From an uncultured virus (IMG/VR IMGVR_UViG_3300007512_002491) (Duplodnaviria; Heunggongvirae; Uroviricota; Caudoviricetes): DNA of 64,000 nt. How positions within the stretch are numbered: position 1 is the first letter of the stretch; each line of letters begins with the position of its first letter. Under the pieces are notes generated by a model. That model was not told the origin of the DNA. It did no database searches and worked only from the letters and a program-made list of their open reading frames with translations. Positions 16,330 to 25,901 of the stretch are shown piece by piece. The stretch is taken from IMG/VR virus record IMGVR_UViG_3300007512_002491; one strand, written 5' to 3'. Both the position numbers and the translations under genes were made by a program.

Positions 16330-18771
16330 TTATCCACACTTAGCATGTCCGCAAGTCAGACAAGTAGCGCACCCTTCTTGATACACCACTTTAGAATGCT
16401 CTCTATTTTCACAATTACAATCTATGATTCCGTTGCTTACTTTTGTTCCGTCTTTAATATATTTTTTTAGCACTCTAGCTATAACTTTACTGAAAGAAAA
16501 TAAATCAGCTTCTTTATCTTTTTGAAGCTGCTCTACTAAATACTGGACTGGCACTCCGTGGCGCATCGACAGTGAAATAGTCCTTGTAAAAGCTGTATGG
16601 TTAGGGTTTCTAAAAACGCTTACTACATCTTTTATAGTTAATTCGTCTTCTCCTTCACCTAAAATTAGATCATATTTTGATTCTACTGTTTTTCTAGACC
16701 TTTTTCTAATTTTTCCGCTAGTATGCTTTCTAGGGATCTCTACATATTCTGAAAGACCTCCGAAAATTTCGTATGGCTTTCCATCGTACAACCCAACTAA
16801 AATAGTCCAATCATCTCCTGTTATAGAAGCTCTATGTATCTCACAACTCAACATTTCTTCTCTTTTTGGAGCAGAGTGGTACTGTAGTTTGGACTTCTTT
16901 TCTTTTTTAGTGATTAGCACTCCAGCTCTAGATCCGTCAACGTAAACTGTCACCCCTTTCAAACCATGCTTCCAAGCTTTTCTGTAAAGGGTGTCGACAA
17001 CTTCTGGTTTAGTGTTGGCGGGTAAATTAATAGTACTGCTTATGGAGTGATCGATGTGGCGCTGGATGGCAGCTTGAACTTCGATTCTTTTAGACCAGTC
17101 AATTTCTTCAGAAGTAATAAAATAGTTTGGAAGATTATCTTTATTTTTTTTGTTAATCTCCATGTATTGTTTTACGGAATGATGATATATTTCAAACTCT
17201 TTCCATTTATCTCCAAGGCTATCAACGAAATCTGGTTTTTCATTTTCGTCTGGATTTATTTTTTTTCTTCTTGTGTAGCTTAACCTAAAAATAGGCTCAA
17301 TTCCGCTTGAAGTTTGAGCTGCAATTGAACACGTGCCAGTAGGGGCGTTTGTTAAACAAGCTATGTTTCGGCGGCCGTGTTTTTTAATAGCAGACTTGAG
17401 ACTTTCAGGGAGCCGCTTAATAAAAGAGTTGTCTTTTTCTTTTTCCCAATCCCAAACTTTAAAAGGGCCCCTTTCTTCAGAAAGAATAACGCTTTCTGTA
17501 TAAGCTGATATTTTTAAGCTTTCGTATATCTTTTCTATAAGAAAAATAGATTCTTCAGAACCATAAACCAAACCAAGAGAGGCTAATACATCACCCAAAC
17601 CAAGAGTTCCTAAACCGGTTCTCCTACCGTTTAAGCAAGCTTTTAAAAGTTTTGTCCATAAAATTTTTTCATCTTCCGTATCTACTTTTTCCAATATAGT
17701 TTTTAATTTTTCTGCTTCTAAATCAATAAGATCATCGCTTAATCTCATCGCGTATCTTGAGATCATTTTGAATTTTTCAAAATCAAAAGCGGCGCTCGCT
17801 TCAAATGGATTGTTTACGAAACTAGTTAAATTAATGGCTATTAATCTGCAAGAATCGTAAGCGCTTAAAGGAATTTCTCCGCAAGGGTTCGTGGTAATCG
17901 TTTTAAATCCATCGCTACTATAAGATTCTGCCGGGAGATCTTCGAGGATATTATCCCACATCATTAATCCGGGCTCTGCTGTTTTCGTAGCGCTATCTAT
18001 AATAACGCTCCATAAAGATTGCGCGTCTATTTCTTTAACTATAGTTGGATTATCTGAGTCTATTGGAAACTGCAGAGTAAATGGCTGTTTATTTTCCACA
18101 GCTCTCATGAATTCATCGTTTATTTTTACAGAAACATTAGCGCCAGTAACTTTCTTGAGATCATGCTTCATAGTTACAAAATTTTCGATGTCGGGATGAC
18201 GAACGTCGAGAGTGATCATTAAAGCACCACGGCGACCATTTTGACCTATCATACGACAAACGTAACTATAAAAATCTGCAAAGCTCCAAGCACCAGTTGT
18301 TGTTCTTGCAGAATTTGAAACAAAAGTCCCTTCTGGCCGGAGCGTCGATATATCAATTCCAACCCCGCACCTTCTTTTAAACAAATTCGCTAAATCTTTA
18401 CCCCGATTTAAAATAGAACTTATATCATCTGCTGGCGAATCAACAACTACACAATTTGAAAGACTTGCGATGGCATAATCATTTCCAATCCCGAACATGG
18501 GAGAACCCTGGGGAATAATTTGCTTGAAATTCTTTAACAAATCATAAATTTGATTTTCGTCAAGAGCTCTAGATCCGTTATACTTTTTTTCTATTCTAGC
18601 AAACTCTTTAGATAACCTTTTATGCATTTGGTCTGGATTTTTTTCTAACCAATTTCCCTCAGCGTCTCTAAGCAAGTATTTGTTTACTATAGCGCTAGTT
18701 GCTAATTCATCTCCACCAAAATATAGATTAGTTTCTTTTATTACCTCTTCCTTTTGATAGATTTTAGCCAT
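16330..18771 (-). CDS. nrdJ: class II (B12-dependent) ribonucleotide reductase
   Basis: LSNC, RRGALM, ANVSV, TNPCGEIPL, RRTGLG, APTGT, SSGIEP, KGVTVY and a C-terminal Cys-rich tail; no small-subunit gene adjacent. Confidence 0.9.
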   Translation of the reverse strand: MAKIYQKEEVIKETNLYFGGDELATSAIVNKYLLRDAEGNWLEKNPDQMHKRLSKEFARIEKKYNGSRALDENQIYDLLKNFKQIIPQGSPMFGIGNDYAIASLSNCVVVDSPADDISSILNRGKDLANLFKRRCGVGIDISTLRPEGTFVSNSARTTTGAWSFADFYSYVCRMIGQNGRRGALMITLDVRHPDIENFVTMKHDLKKVTGANVSVKINDEFMRAVENKQPFTLQFPIDSDNPTIVKEIDAQSLWSVIIDSATKTAEPGLMMWDNILEDLPAESYSSDGFKTITTNPCGEIPLSAYDSCRLIAINLTSFVNNPFEASAAFDFEKFKMISRYAMRLSDDLIDLEAEKLKTILEKVDTEDEKILWTKLLKACLNGRRTGLGTLGLGDVLASLGLVYGSEESIFLIEKIYESLKISAYTESVILSEERGPFKVWDWEKEKDNSFIKRLPESLKSAIKKHGRRNIACLTNAPTGTCSIAAQTSSGIEPIFRLSYTRRKKINPDENEKPDFVDSLGDKWKEFEIYHHSVKQYMEINKKNKDNLPNYFITSEEIDWSKRIEVQAAIQRHIDHSISSTINLPANTKPEVVDTLYRKAWKHGLKGVTVYVDGSRAGVLITKKEKKSKLQYHSAPKREEMLSCEIHRASITGDDWTILVGLYDGKPYEIFGGLSEYVEIPRKHTSGKIRKRSRKTVESKYDLILGEGEDELTIKDVVSVFRNPNHTAFTRTISLSMRHGVPVQYLVEQLQKDKEADLFSFSKVIARVLKKYIKDGTKVSNGIIDCNCENREHSKVVYQEGCATCLTCGHAKCG

Positions 18772-20176
18772 TTCTCTGTATTCCTCTCACTTCTTGCCAT
18801 CGAAGGCGAAGCTGATCTTTCATTTCATTATTATCTTGTTTTACTGCTTCGTTTAGTGTAAGGTGATTTTCATCTAAAATCTCGAATTTAGATTTCGCGG
18901 TGTCGATTGAGAGTGGAAAAAGAAGGCCGTCTCGCCCAGCTCGATTTTTTGCAATAAAAAGTCTACCTTTTCCAGAAGCTTTTTCAGTAGCTTTTCTCGA
19001 TATAGAAACCACCAAATCAGCAACCATTGCCTTGCCATAAGCTTCTGACATATTTTCGAGTCCGACAATATCAGAATTTGCTGAATCTCTATTAGCTTGA
19101 GATGCCGTCCACACTGGAATGCTAAGTTCCATAGCTAAATTTCTTAATTCTTCGTAAACTAATTTCAATTCATGCCTCAAAGAATCAAAAGACCTTGTTG
19201 ATCTCATAATATCAGCATAATCTACAATGATAATGTGCGGCTTGAAATTTTTCAAAAGTAATTTGTCTAAATGGTTCTTTAAAGTTAAAACGCTAGCTGA
19301 CCCTGTTGGGTACTCTTTGATTATTAATTTACCCATCTCGTTGTCTTTATAGTGATCAACTACGCTCTCTTTGTGATTTACGATATCATTATTTGCAATA
19401 TCACAAAGATTTGAATCATACCTGAGGCCAACGGCTTCTTCAGAAAGCTCGAAAGTGTAATGAACAACATTTTTGCCAGCACGCATTGCATTAGCGCCCA
19501 TCTCCACAAGCCAATGAGATTTTCCCACGCCAGTATTTGCGGTTATGACGCCAATTTCTCCCCTGCCAAGGCCTCCGCGCAAAATGTCGTGTGCATCTAA
19601 TCTAGCAAGACCCGTAGGGATTACGATTCTAGTATTCTTAACAAATCTAGAGTCCATATCTTCGAAAAAATCGTGACCCAAACTACTTGGCATACCAACA
19701 GAAACTGCTTCTTTCATGAGCCCGACAACAGAATCAAATTTTTCAGTAGAAATAAGATCTACAGCCTTGTCTAAAGCTTCTTTGAAAACTTGGCATTTGC
19801 AGAAATCTAAAGCCTTGTCTTTGACATAGCTTTGGTCTCCCAAATCTGGATTTGATTTGAGCCTATGAAGAAATTCTACAACTTGCTCTTTAAGAAGAAT
19901 GTCGCCAGTATCAGATAAATCTTCCTTTACTATAGAGATCAACAACTGTGGAGTGGGAAACGTATTATATTTTTCAAAATAAGAAAAGTATTTTTCTGAA
20001 AGATATGTCAAGTATTTAAGTTCAAAAAAATCAGGATGCATTACCTCCATTATTTGGGCAGCCCATCGATGGTCTGTCAATAGACCCTGAAATATTTTTT
20101 CTTGAAAATGCTTTCCATATTTAGAGAAATATGAAACTCCCGAGCTGGGAGACACGTCATAATTTTCTGATAGCAC
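18764..20176 (-). CDS. dnaB: DnaB-like replicative helicase
   Basis: Walker A ANTGVGKS, IIVDYAD, WTASQANR, IAKNRAG. Confidence 0.93.
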   Translation of the reverse strand: MLSENYDVSPSSGVSYFSKYGKHFQEKIFQGLLTDHRWAAQIMEVMHPDFFELKYLTYLSEKYFSYFEKYNTFPTPQLLISIVKEDLSDTGDILLKEQVVEFLHRLKSNPDLGDQSYVKDKALDFCKCQVFKEALDKAVDLISTEKFDSVVGLMKEAVSVGMPSSLGHDFFEDMDSRFVKNTRIVIPTGLARLDAHDILRGGLGRGEIGVITANTGVGKSHWLVEMGANAMRAGKNVVHYTFELSEEAVGLRYDSNLCDIANNDIVNHKESVVDHYKDNEMGKLIIKEYPTGSASVLTLKNHLDKLLLKNFKPHIIIVDYADIMRSTRSFDSLRHELKLVYEELRNLAMELSIPVWTASQANRDSANSDIVGLENMSEAYGKAMVADLVVSISRKATEKASGKGRLFIAKNRAGRDGLLFPLSIDTAKSKFEILDENHLTLNEAVKQDNNEMKDQLRLRWQEVRGIQRNG

Positions 20177-20184
20177 AATTACTC

Positions 20185-21147
20185 CTAATAGCTCATTGCT
20201 TTCATGCTCATGAAGAATTTTTCTACATCGAAATCTTGAATTCCTTCTCTTAGAATAATCCTCATAAAATCCATTTTATTCATTTTTGGAATCTCGGATT
20301 CCAGTTGACTTTTTATTTTTTGTATTTGGTTAAACGAGAGATTGGAAGTATCTAAGTACATCAATTTCCAATTTCTCCTGACTATTTCATCATCTTTGAT
20401 GATATTTTGATAGATCTGAAGTTTGCTGTTCACCGCTTTGGATCTACTTAAACTAACTATTTCTTCTACATTCATCGATCCAGAAGAAGCTAAATCTGGA
20501 AATCGTTTCACTAATGATCGAAAACCAACACCTTTTATTCCCGGAATGCCGTCAGAACCATCGCCAGTAAAGCATCGACATAGGCAATAATTGGCAGCAG
20601 TGACACCAAATTTTTTTAAAATTTTTTCAGAAGTTACGAAATCTTTCTGGCCTGGAGACCAGACTCTTATTTTTTCATCTTCTAAAAGTTGATAATAATC
20701 TTTGTCTGACGAAACTATCACTTTTTGGTTTTCTTTAAATTCTCTTTTGCAAACGTAGCCTATAACATCATCTGCTTCGCAATCCGAGGTGTATATTTGT
20801 TTTATGCCTGACCTTTTTAAAAGGTTGACTATAAGATTAACTTGATAGTTTCGATTTTCTATCGTGTTTGGAATATCTCCCTCGTAAAACCTATTAAGCT
20901 TTACTGGTCGTTTGTTTTTCTTGTATTCGGGAAATATGTTTCTTCTTCGAGGCGAGCCGCCCCCTTCCCAGACCACATATACACACTCTGGGTTTAATAA
21001 ATCGGCTAAATATCCCAAGCCCCTTAAGAACCCTAAAGCTCCGCCTACATGCTGGCCATTCACACCAACTGAAGGGTTTACTGTGAAATGACGCATAAAA
21101 AAATTCAAAGCATCGATAAAAACTATTGGTCTTTCTTTTTTATTCAT
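20185..21147 (-). CDS. 5'-3' exonuclease / flap endonuclease (T4 RNase H-like)
   Basis: FIDALN, EYKKNK, EADDVIG, SSDKDYYQL, GDGSDGIPGIKGVG. Confidence 0.93.
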   Translation of the reverse strand: MNKKERPIVFIDALNFFMRHFTVNPSVGVNGQHVGGALGFLRGLGYLADLLNPECVYVVWEGGGSPRRRNIFPEYKKNKRPVKLNRFYEGDIPNTIENRNYQVNLIVNLLKRSGIKQIYTSDCEADDVIGYVCKREFKENQKVIVSSDKDYYQLLEDEKIRVWSPGQKDFVTSEKILKKFGVTAANYCLCRCFTGDGSDGIPGIKGVGFRSLVKRFPDLASSGSMNVEEIVSLSRSKAVNSKLQIYQNIIKDDEIVRRNWKLMYLDTSNLSFNQIQKIKSQLESEIPKMNKMDFMRIILREGIQDFDVEKFFMSMKAMSY

Positions 21148-22333
21148 TAGACTCTAATAACAAATCTGCTTCCATTGCTAGAGATCTTACTTCTTCAAAT
21201 GATTCAATGTCTAAATCCATGCTTTCGGGATCTTTTAAAGTTTTTACTAAACAACAATTAAGCAGCTTCTCAATATACGGCTCATATTCAGGGTTTTTCC
21301 AAACTTCTCCAAAGTCAGCTTTATAAAATTTCTTCTCTACTAAAATTTCACCCGTTTCTACATTTACGACTGCGAGATTTTTCCAAGCTCCTGTACCAGA
21401 TATGTTAATTTCGTTTCCATCTACGATTTCTGGACCATGCTTTCTCAATAAATCAAAGACTTGCTCGTGTTCATATACACCTTTGCCAAAATGTATCTCA
21501 AAATTAGCAGTCCGAAATGGTGGCGCAACTTTATTCTTGATAGTCTTTGCAGACACGTTGATACCAATGACTTCTTTGTCTTTGTTTTGGATCTGCTGGC
21601 CAGCTCCAAGCTTAATTCTAACAGAAGAGTGGAATGGAATTGCTTTCCCGCCAGGGGTCGTAGTTGGATCTCCATACATTACGCCAATCTTAGTTCTAAT
21701 TTGATTAAGAATCACGAACAAAGCATTCGTTTGACCGATGACGCCAGTTATTTTACGCATTCCTTTGGAAATAGCTCTCGCCTGAAGTCCGATAGAGTTT
21801 TGCTCATAAGTACCATTTAGTTCAGCCTTCGGAGAAGAAGCCGCTACAGAATCCCAAATAATAGTAATTGGGACATCCTTCTCCATCGCTCTTGCTTTTA
21901 GAATCGTTGACTCTGCTATTGATAACACTTCTTCGGTGCAATGAGTGTCGACGTACACAAAACGTTTAGAAATGTTAACGCCTAAATTGCCCAAGTTTTC
22001 AACTGAGGTAGCATTTTCAGTATCGATATAAACTACAATTCCTCCCATTTTTTGAGTTGTGCGTGCAATTTGAATAGCAATGTGAGATTTCCCAATAGAT
22101 GGAGGACCGAATATTTCAATAATTCTTCCCTCTGGCAATCCACCATTCGGACGATTAGAAACAATATAGTCTAGTTGTTTGCAGCCCGTGCTTATCCAGC
22201 GTTTGATATGCGTAGGAGATTCATCATTTTCTAAATTGTAGGCAACTTTAGAGCCGTGTTCCTTGTTGAGCTGCTTTATTAAATCGCTAGTAAAATCATC
22301 AGCTTGAGTTTTTTCTTTTTTCTTTTTTGCCAT
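21140..22333 (-). CDS. recA: RecA recombinase
   Basis: GGLPEGRIIEIFGPPSIGKS, YIDTE, WDSVAA, NQIR, TTPGGKAIPFHSSVR, KNKVAPPF. Confidence 0.96.
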   Translation of the reverse strand: MAKKKKEKTQADDFTSDLIKQLNKEHGSKVAYNLENDESPTHIKRWISTGCKQLDYIVSNRPNGGLPEGRIIEIFGPPSIGKSHIAIQIARTTQKMGGIVVYIDTENATSVENLGNLGVNISKRFVYVDTHCTEEVLSIAESTILKARAMEKDVPITIIWDSVAASSPKAELNGTYEQNSIGLQARAISKGMRKITGVIGQTNALFVILNQIRTKIGVMYGDPTTTPGGKAIPFHSSVRIKLGAGQQIQNKDKEVIGINVSAKTIKNKVAPPFRTANFEIHFGKGVYEHEQVFDLLRKHGPEIVDGNEINISGTGAWKNLAVVNVETGEILVEKKFYKADFGEVWKNPEYEPYIEKLLNCCLVKTLKDPESMDLDIESFEEVRSLAMEADLLLESNE

Positions 22334-22352
22334 AAATTAATTCTCCTATTGT

Positions 22353-22381
22353 AATATAAAAAAAGAGTCTTCGATGTTCAT
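22353..22381 (-). promoter_or_regulatory. sigma70-like promoter upstream of recA
   Basis: ATGAAC-17 nt-TATATT, followed by AGGAG SD. Confidence 0.55.
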
Positions 22382-22382
22382 C

Positions 22383-22424
22383 AAAAAAGGCGCCGGCTAA
22401 ACTCTTTTAAAGAAAGCCGGCGCC
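22383..22424 (-). terminator. intrinsic terminator after the SSB gene
   Basis: Stem ggcgccggct/agccggcgcc followed by T6 on the - strand. Confidence 0.85.
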
Positions 22425-22455
22425 CCGAAATTAAGATGATGCTTTAATCTATATC

Positions 22456-23265
22456 TTAGAAATCTTTTTCGATATCAGCGAAAGCGTCATCGAGACTTGC
22501 ATACTTCTCAGCCATTTTAGAATTATCTGCCTCGGTTGTTTGAGGCGTTTTCGGCTGAGTTGTCGTGTTTCCTCCACGAGTGGAGCCATAGTCGTTAGAA
22601 TTTTCTTCAGTATCTCCGTTGAGCCATGCGTTAACAATAGTTTCCAACTCTTCATAAGTTTTGCATTGGTACAAATCATCCAAATCTGGAATTTCTGAGA
22701 GCCACTGCTTAGCTTGCTTTGCGCTCTCTGCTAGATCCGAAGTACTCATACGAGGACGAACTTCAGTCGTGGCCCACATCCGGCCGGGGGGTTTCGTGCA
22801 AGTTACTTTAATGTCGCGGCCGGTTGTTGGATCTGTAATATCGCCCACTTCATCATCAAGCATCAAGTTGAGAAGTGACTGATACACCGTCTTTCCAAAA
22901 GACCAGAGACGAACTCCTTGCGATTCTTCTCCTCGAACAATCACTGGAGCGTAAGCTCGCATTTTTGGATAAAGCTTCTTAGCTAGCTCATAAGACTCCT
23001 TAGTTCCATCATTCCTAAGAGTGTTGATCAGATCTTGAATAGGATCTGGTTGACCAAACTGGTGAGGCGCAAGGAGGCCTGGATTGTTGCCAATATTATA
23101 ATAGAACCAACGCTCCTTAAAGGGTTGTCCGTCGTTATCAGAAAAAGCTAGAATTCGAACTGTGTGATCTTCTCCCTCTTGGGGACGCCACATCGAATTA
23201 CGCTTTGAATTGTTGCCAGAAAGCTGATTTAGCTTCTTGCGGATTGCATCTAGATCGATTGCCAT
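22456..23265 (-). CDS. single-stranded DNA-binding protein, T4 gp32-like
   Basis: WRP..G...VRIL, VIVRGEE..GVRLWSFGKTVY, GDITDP..GRDI and an acidic tail DDAFADIEKDF; next to recA. Confidence 0.85.
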   Translation of the reverse strand: MAIDLDAIRKKLNQLSGNNSKRNSMWRPQEGEDHTVRILAFSDNDGQPFKERWFYYNIGNNPGLLAPHQFGQPDPIQDLINTLRNDGTKESYELAKKLYPKMRAYAPVIVRGEESQGVRLWSFGKTVYQSLLNLMLDDEVGDITDPTTGRDIKVTCTKPPGRMWATTEVRPRMSTSDLAESAKQAKQWLSEIPDLDDLYQCKTYEELETIVNAWLNGDTEENSNDYGSTRGGNTTTQPKTPQTTEADNSKMAEKYASLDDAFADIEKDF

Positions 23266-23332
23266 TTTTAACTCCTTAAATGTTTAAATGTGCAGATTTT
23301 TAGTTTGAAGTGTGGTAGATAACCACATAATA

Positions 23333-23361
23333 AATCTATAACTTTATAGTGAATTGTTCAA
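23333..23361 (-). promoter_or_regulatory. sigma70-like promoter upstream of SSB
   Basis: TTGAAC-17 nt-TAGATT. Confidence 0.55.
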
Positions 23362-23362
23362 T

Positions 23363-23803
23363 TTAATTTCTTTGCAAAACCATTAAACTTGAAAAGGGTA
23401 CTTCTTTCATTTCATTGTCATGAATTATTGTTGCTTTTGATGGCCGGCCGAACTTATAAACTATTTTATACAATATTCCAGTTATTTCAACAGGTTCTTC
23501 TTTTTTGAACGCTTCTCTTATATAAGAAAGGACTAAATCTCCAATCTTCGGTTCCAAGCATCGCGCTTTGACCACAACGGTCGGATCAATTTCGATCTTA
23601 ACGCATATATCTTTAGGGACTATATAAAAAAGCTTTCTAACGGAATAAGAATCAGACTTTTCTTCTACCATTAGATCACTTTGGCCGACTGATATTATTT
23701 CACAGAAATAAACTTTGTCGGCACTTTCTGTCTCTTGTTTTATCTCTCCACCAAAGACTGCTATCAAATCGCCCACGTTGAATTGTGGTTTCGTTTTTTT
23801 CAT
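23363..23803 (-). CDS. hypothetical protein, possibly two SH3/KOW-like halves
   Basis: FNVGDLI and PKIGDLV begin two similar beta-rich halves. Confidence 0.6.
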   Translation of the reverse strand: MKKTKPQFNVGDLIAVFGGEIKQETESADKVYFCEIISVGQSDLMVEEKSDSYSVRKLFYIVPKDICVKIEIDPTVVVKARCLEPKIGDLVLSYIREAFKKEEPVEITGILYKIVYKFGRPSKATIIHDNEMKEVPFSSLMVLQRN

Positions 23804-23845
23804 GTTGGAACCTTATATTATTAGATATAAGATTTCGAGAGCGAT

Positions 23846-24628
23846 TTATTTATTTTTCTTTGCGGGCTTGTATATCTCTCCGCCTCCGAAAGCTCTTTTA
23901 TTAGCGTCTATCGCTCTTTTTCTTGGAGAATTTTTCTTCTTTTTTCCTTTTCCGCCGTCAGGTCCAGTCCCAAGAGGCGTTACAACTCCGGCTACGTTAG
24001 CTGAAACACTATATTCGTCTTTTGTTTCATCGTCCTGCCTTTCATCTTCTTGCGAAAGATCTGGCTCACCCAAAAGCTCTTCATCTACTCCGTGATGAGA
24101 TTCATCTTTTGGTTTTTCTTCTTTTTTCTTTTCTCCTTTGCCCCACGAATATTTCTTTTTAGCCACATATACCAAAACTCCCTTACCAAAAATCTCTATT
24201 TGGACTTCTTTTTTAGGGAGCGGTAAATATCCAGATTCTAAACCCGCAGTTACTGTATGCTGTATATATCTTCTTCCGTCTCTTGGCGGAATTGTTCCAG
24301 CTCCGCCCTTGATAGAATTGAGCGGGATTGATACTCCCTGGTGCCCGGCCTTGTCTTCTTTTCTTATGGGTTTACCATAAACTAGCCTCATTTCTTCTAC
24401 GCCACCAGCAGCGGAACCAAGAAAAGAAGCAAGCTTTTGTCCGGTCGAATCACCCGATGCTTTCTTTGCTTTTAAGCGTTTCATTAGTTCGCCAGGGGGA
24501 ACAAGTTTCAAGGATTCAATTTCCTTCTTGTATCTACCACCTTTAAGCTTCTCAGTTTCTTGAGGTTCTTTTTTAGCTTGCTCTTTTATAATTTTCTGAA
24601 TATATTTTCTAAGTTGAGCTTCTCTCAT
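23846..24628 (-). CDS. basic hypothetical protein, possible internal head protein
   Basis: N-terminal QLRKYIQKIIKE; late motif at 24646-24652; start moved to MREAQ. Confidence 0.6.
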   Translation of the reverse strand: MREAQLRKYIQKIIKEQAKKEPQETEKLKGGRYKKEIESLKLVPPGELMKRLKAKKASGDSTGQKLASFLGSAAGGVEEMRLVYGKPIRKEDKAGHQGVSIPLNSIKGGAGTIPPRDGRRYIQHTVTAGLESGYLPLPKKEVQIEIFGKGVLVYVAKKKYSWGKGEKKKEEKPKDESHHGVDEELLGEPDLSQEDERQDDETKDEYSVSANVAGVVTPLGTGPDGGKGKKKKNSPRKRAIDANKRAFGGGEIYKPAKKNK

Positions 24629-24651
24629 TTTCAACACCTTTGATATAAATA

Positions 24652-25857
24652 TCACTTTTCGGATAGGTATTCCAACGAAAGTGGAAAATTGCCCAAAGCG
24701 TCTATAAAAACATTAATATCGCTCTCAGGTTCTAATTTTTCGATCATTTCTGGAGACGCGTCAATTATTAAAGCGTCGTGAATTAAAAAGAGAGGATTAA
24801 ATTTTATATTGAAGTCTCTGAACCTCTTTATCAATTTTCTAAACCCAAGTAAAGAGACATCAACCGCTGAAGATTGAACCCAATTATTGAAAATGATAGA
24901 ATCTCGATCAGATGAAGGAATTATTTTTCTTCCAAAAAAATTAGTCATCTCAGAATCTTCTTGAAGTTCTTTTTTCTTGGTTTCTACTAAATTAGAAAAA
25001 TTCATTGCTTCTCTAACATTTTTCACCGCCTTAGAAGGAGAAATGTTTTCTGGCAATATTTTCTTTAAAGTTCTTGTACCTGCTCCGTACAGAGCGCACA
25101 GCACGAGCTTTTTAATTTGAGAGCGCTCTAAAGAATTAGCAAAATAAACTTCATTAAACATCTTGTAAACATCTTGAACAAAATCATTTTCAGCAGCATA
25201 CAAAGCCACTCTTGGCTCGAGAGATACGAAATCTAACTGAATTATCTTTCCATTTTTGTATCTAGATTTTAAAAATTTTCTAATTTCTTTGTTAGCCGTC
25301 AAAAGTTGCGGTCCAGACTGTGTTACTATCCTTCCAGTCCTTGTAGAATAATTGTTGTAAGAGACTCTTTCTAGATACCCAAAGCGATTTGTGGCAAAAG
25401 ATTTTTTAACTTTTTTGTCTATACTTTTACCCAAGCACCACCGATTAAATGAGGTTGTGTCAAACATAGCCGCTTCCATACCCTGAAGTAACTCTAGTTC
25501 TTCTTGGAACGTCTTTATATAGGAATACCCATCTAAATTTTCGTATATATCAGAAGCCCATTCTGTGATTTTTTCTAAGCGCTTTTTAAATTTTTCTGAA
25601 GGGTAAATCCACATAGTTGGAATTTCTGATGTAGACACTCCAAGTTCTTCAAAAGATTTTTTTTGAGCTTCATCAAGAAGTGAAGGTTTTTCTAGCTTAA
25701 GCAAAGAACAAAGATGATCTATAGCGTAACTCTTGTGCGGATCACCACACAAAATTAAAGAATCATTGTCAATTGACGAAACCCAAGAATAATTTTCGCC
25801 ATCATAAGCTAAATGCTTATCTTTTCCAAAATTAGATGACGCTATCAATAGTTTCAT
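24652..25857 (-). CDS. family A DNA polymerase, polymerase domain only
   Basis: TRTGRI, motif A DFVSLEPR, motif B RSQIKKLVLCALYG, NNWVQSSAVD, motif C IHDAL; about 400 aa with no exonuclease motifs. Confidence 0.85.
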   Translation of the reverse strand: MKLLIASSNFGKDKHLAYDGENYSWVSSIDNDSLILCGDPHKSYAIDHLCSLLKLEKPSLLDEAQKKSFEELGVSTSEIPTMWIYPSEKFKKRLEKITEWASDIYENLDGYSYIKTFQEELELLQGMEAAMFDTTSFNRWCLGKSIDKKVKKSFATNRFGYLERVSYNNYSTRTGRIVTQSGPQLLTANKEIRKFLKSRYKNGKIIQLDFVSLEPRVALYAAENDFVQDVYKMFNEVYFANSLERSQIKKLVLCALYGAGTRTLKKILPENISPSKAVKNVREAMNFSNLVETKKKELQEDSEMTNFFGRKIIPSSDRDSIIFNNWVQSSAVDVSLLGFRKLIKRFRDFNIKFNPLFLIHDALIIDASPEMIEKLEPESDINVFIDALGNFPLSLEYLSEK

Positions 25858-25901
25858 GATATTATAAAATAACCACGAAACCATAAATGGTTAGCTATAA
25901 A

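Noticed and set aside
22449..22679. Same-strand alternative-frame ORF at the SSB 3' end as a frameshift product
   Set aside because: No slippery site or SD seen, and the SSB frame ends in a proper acidic tail.
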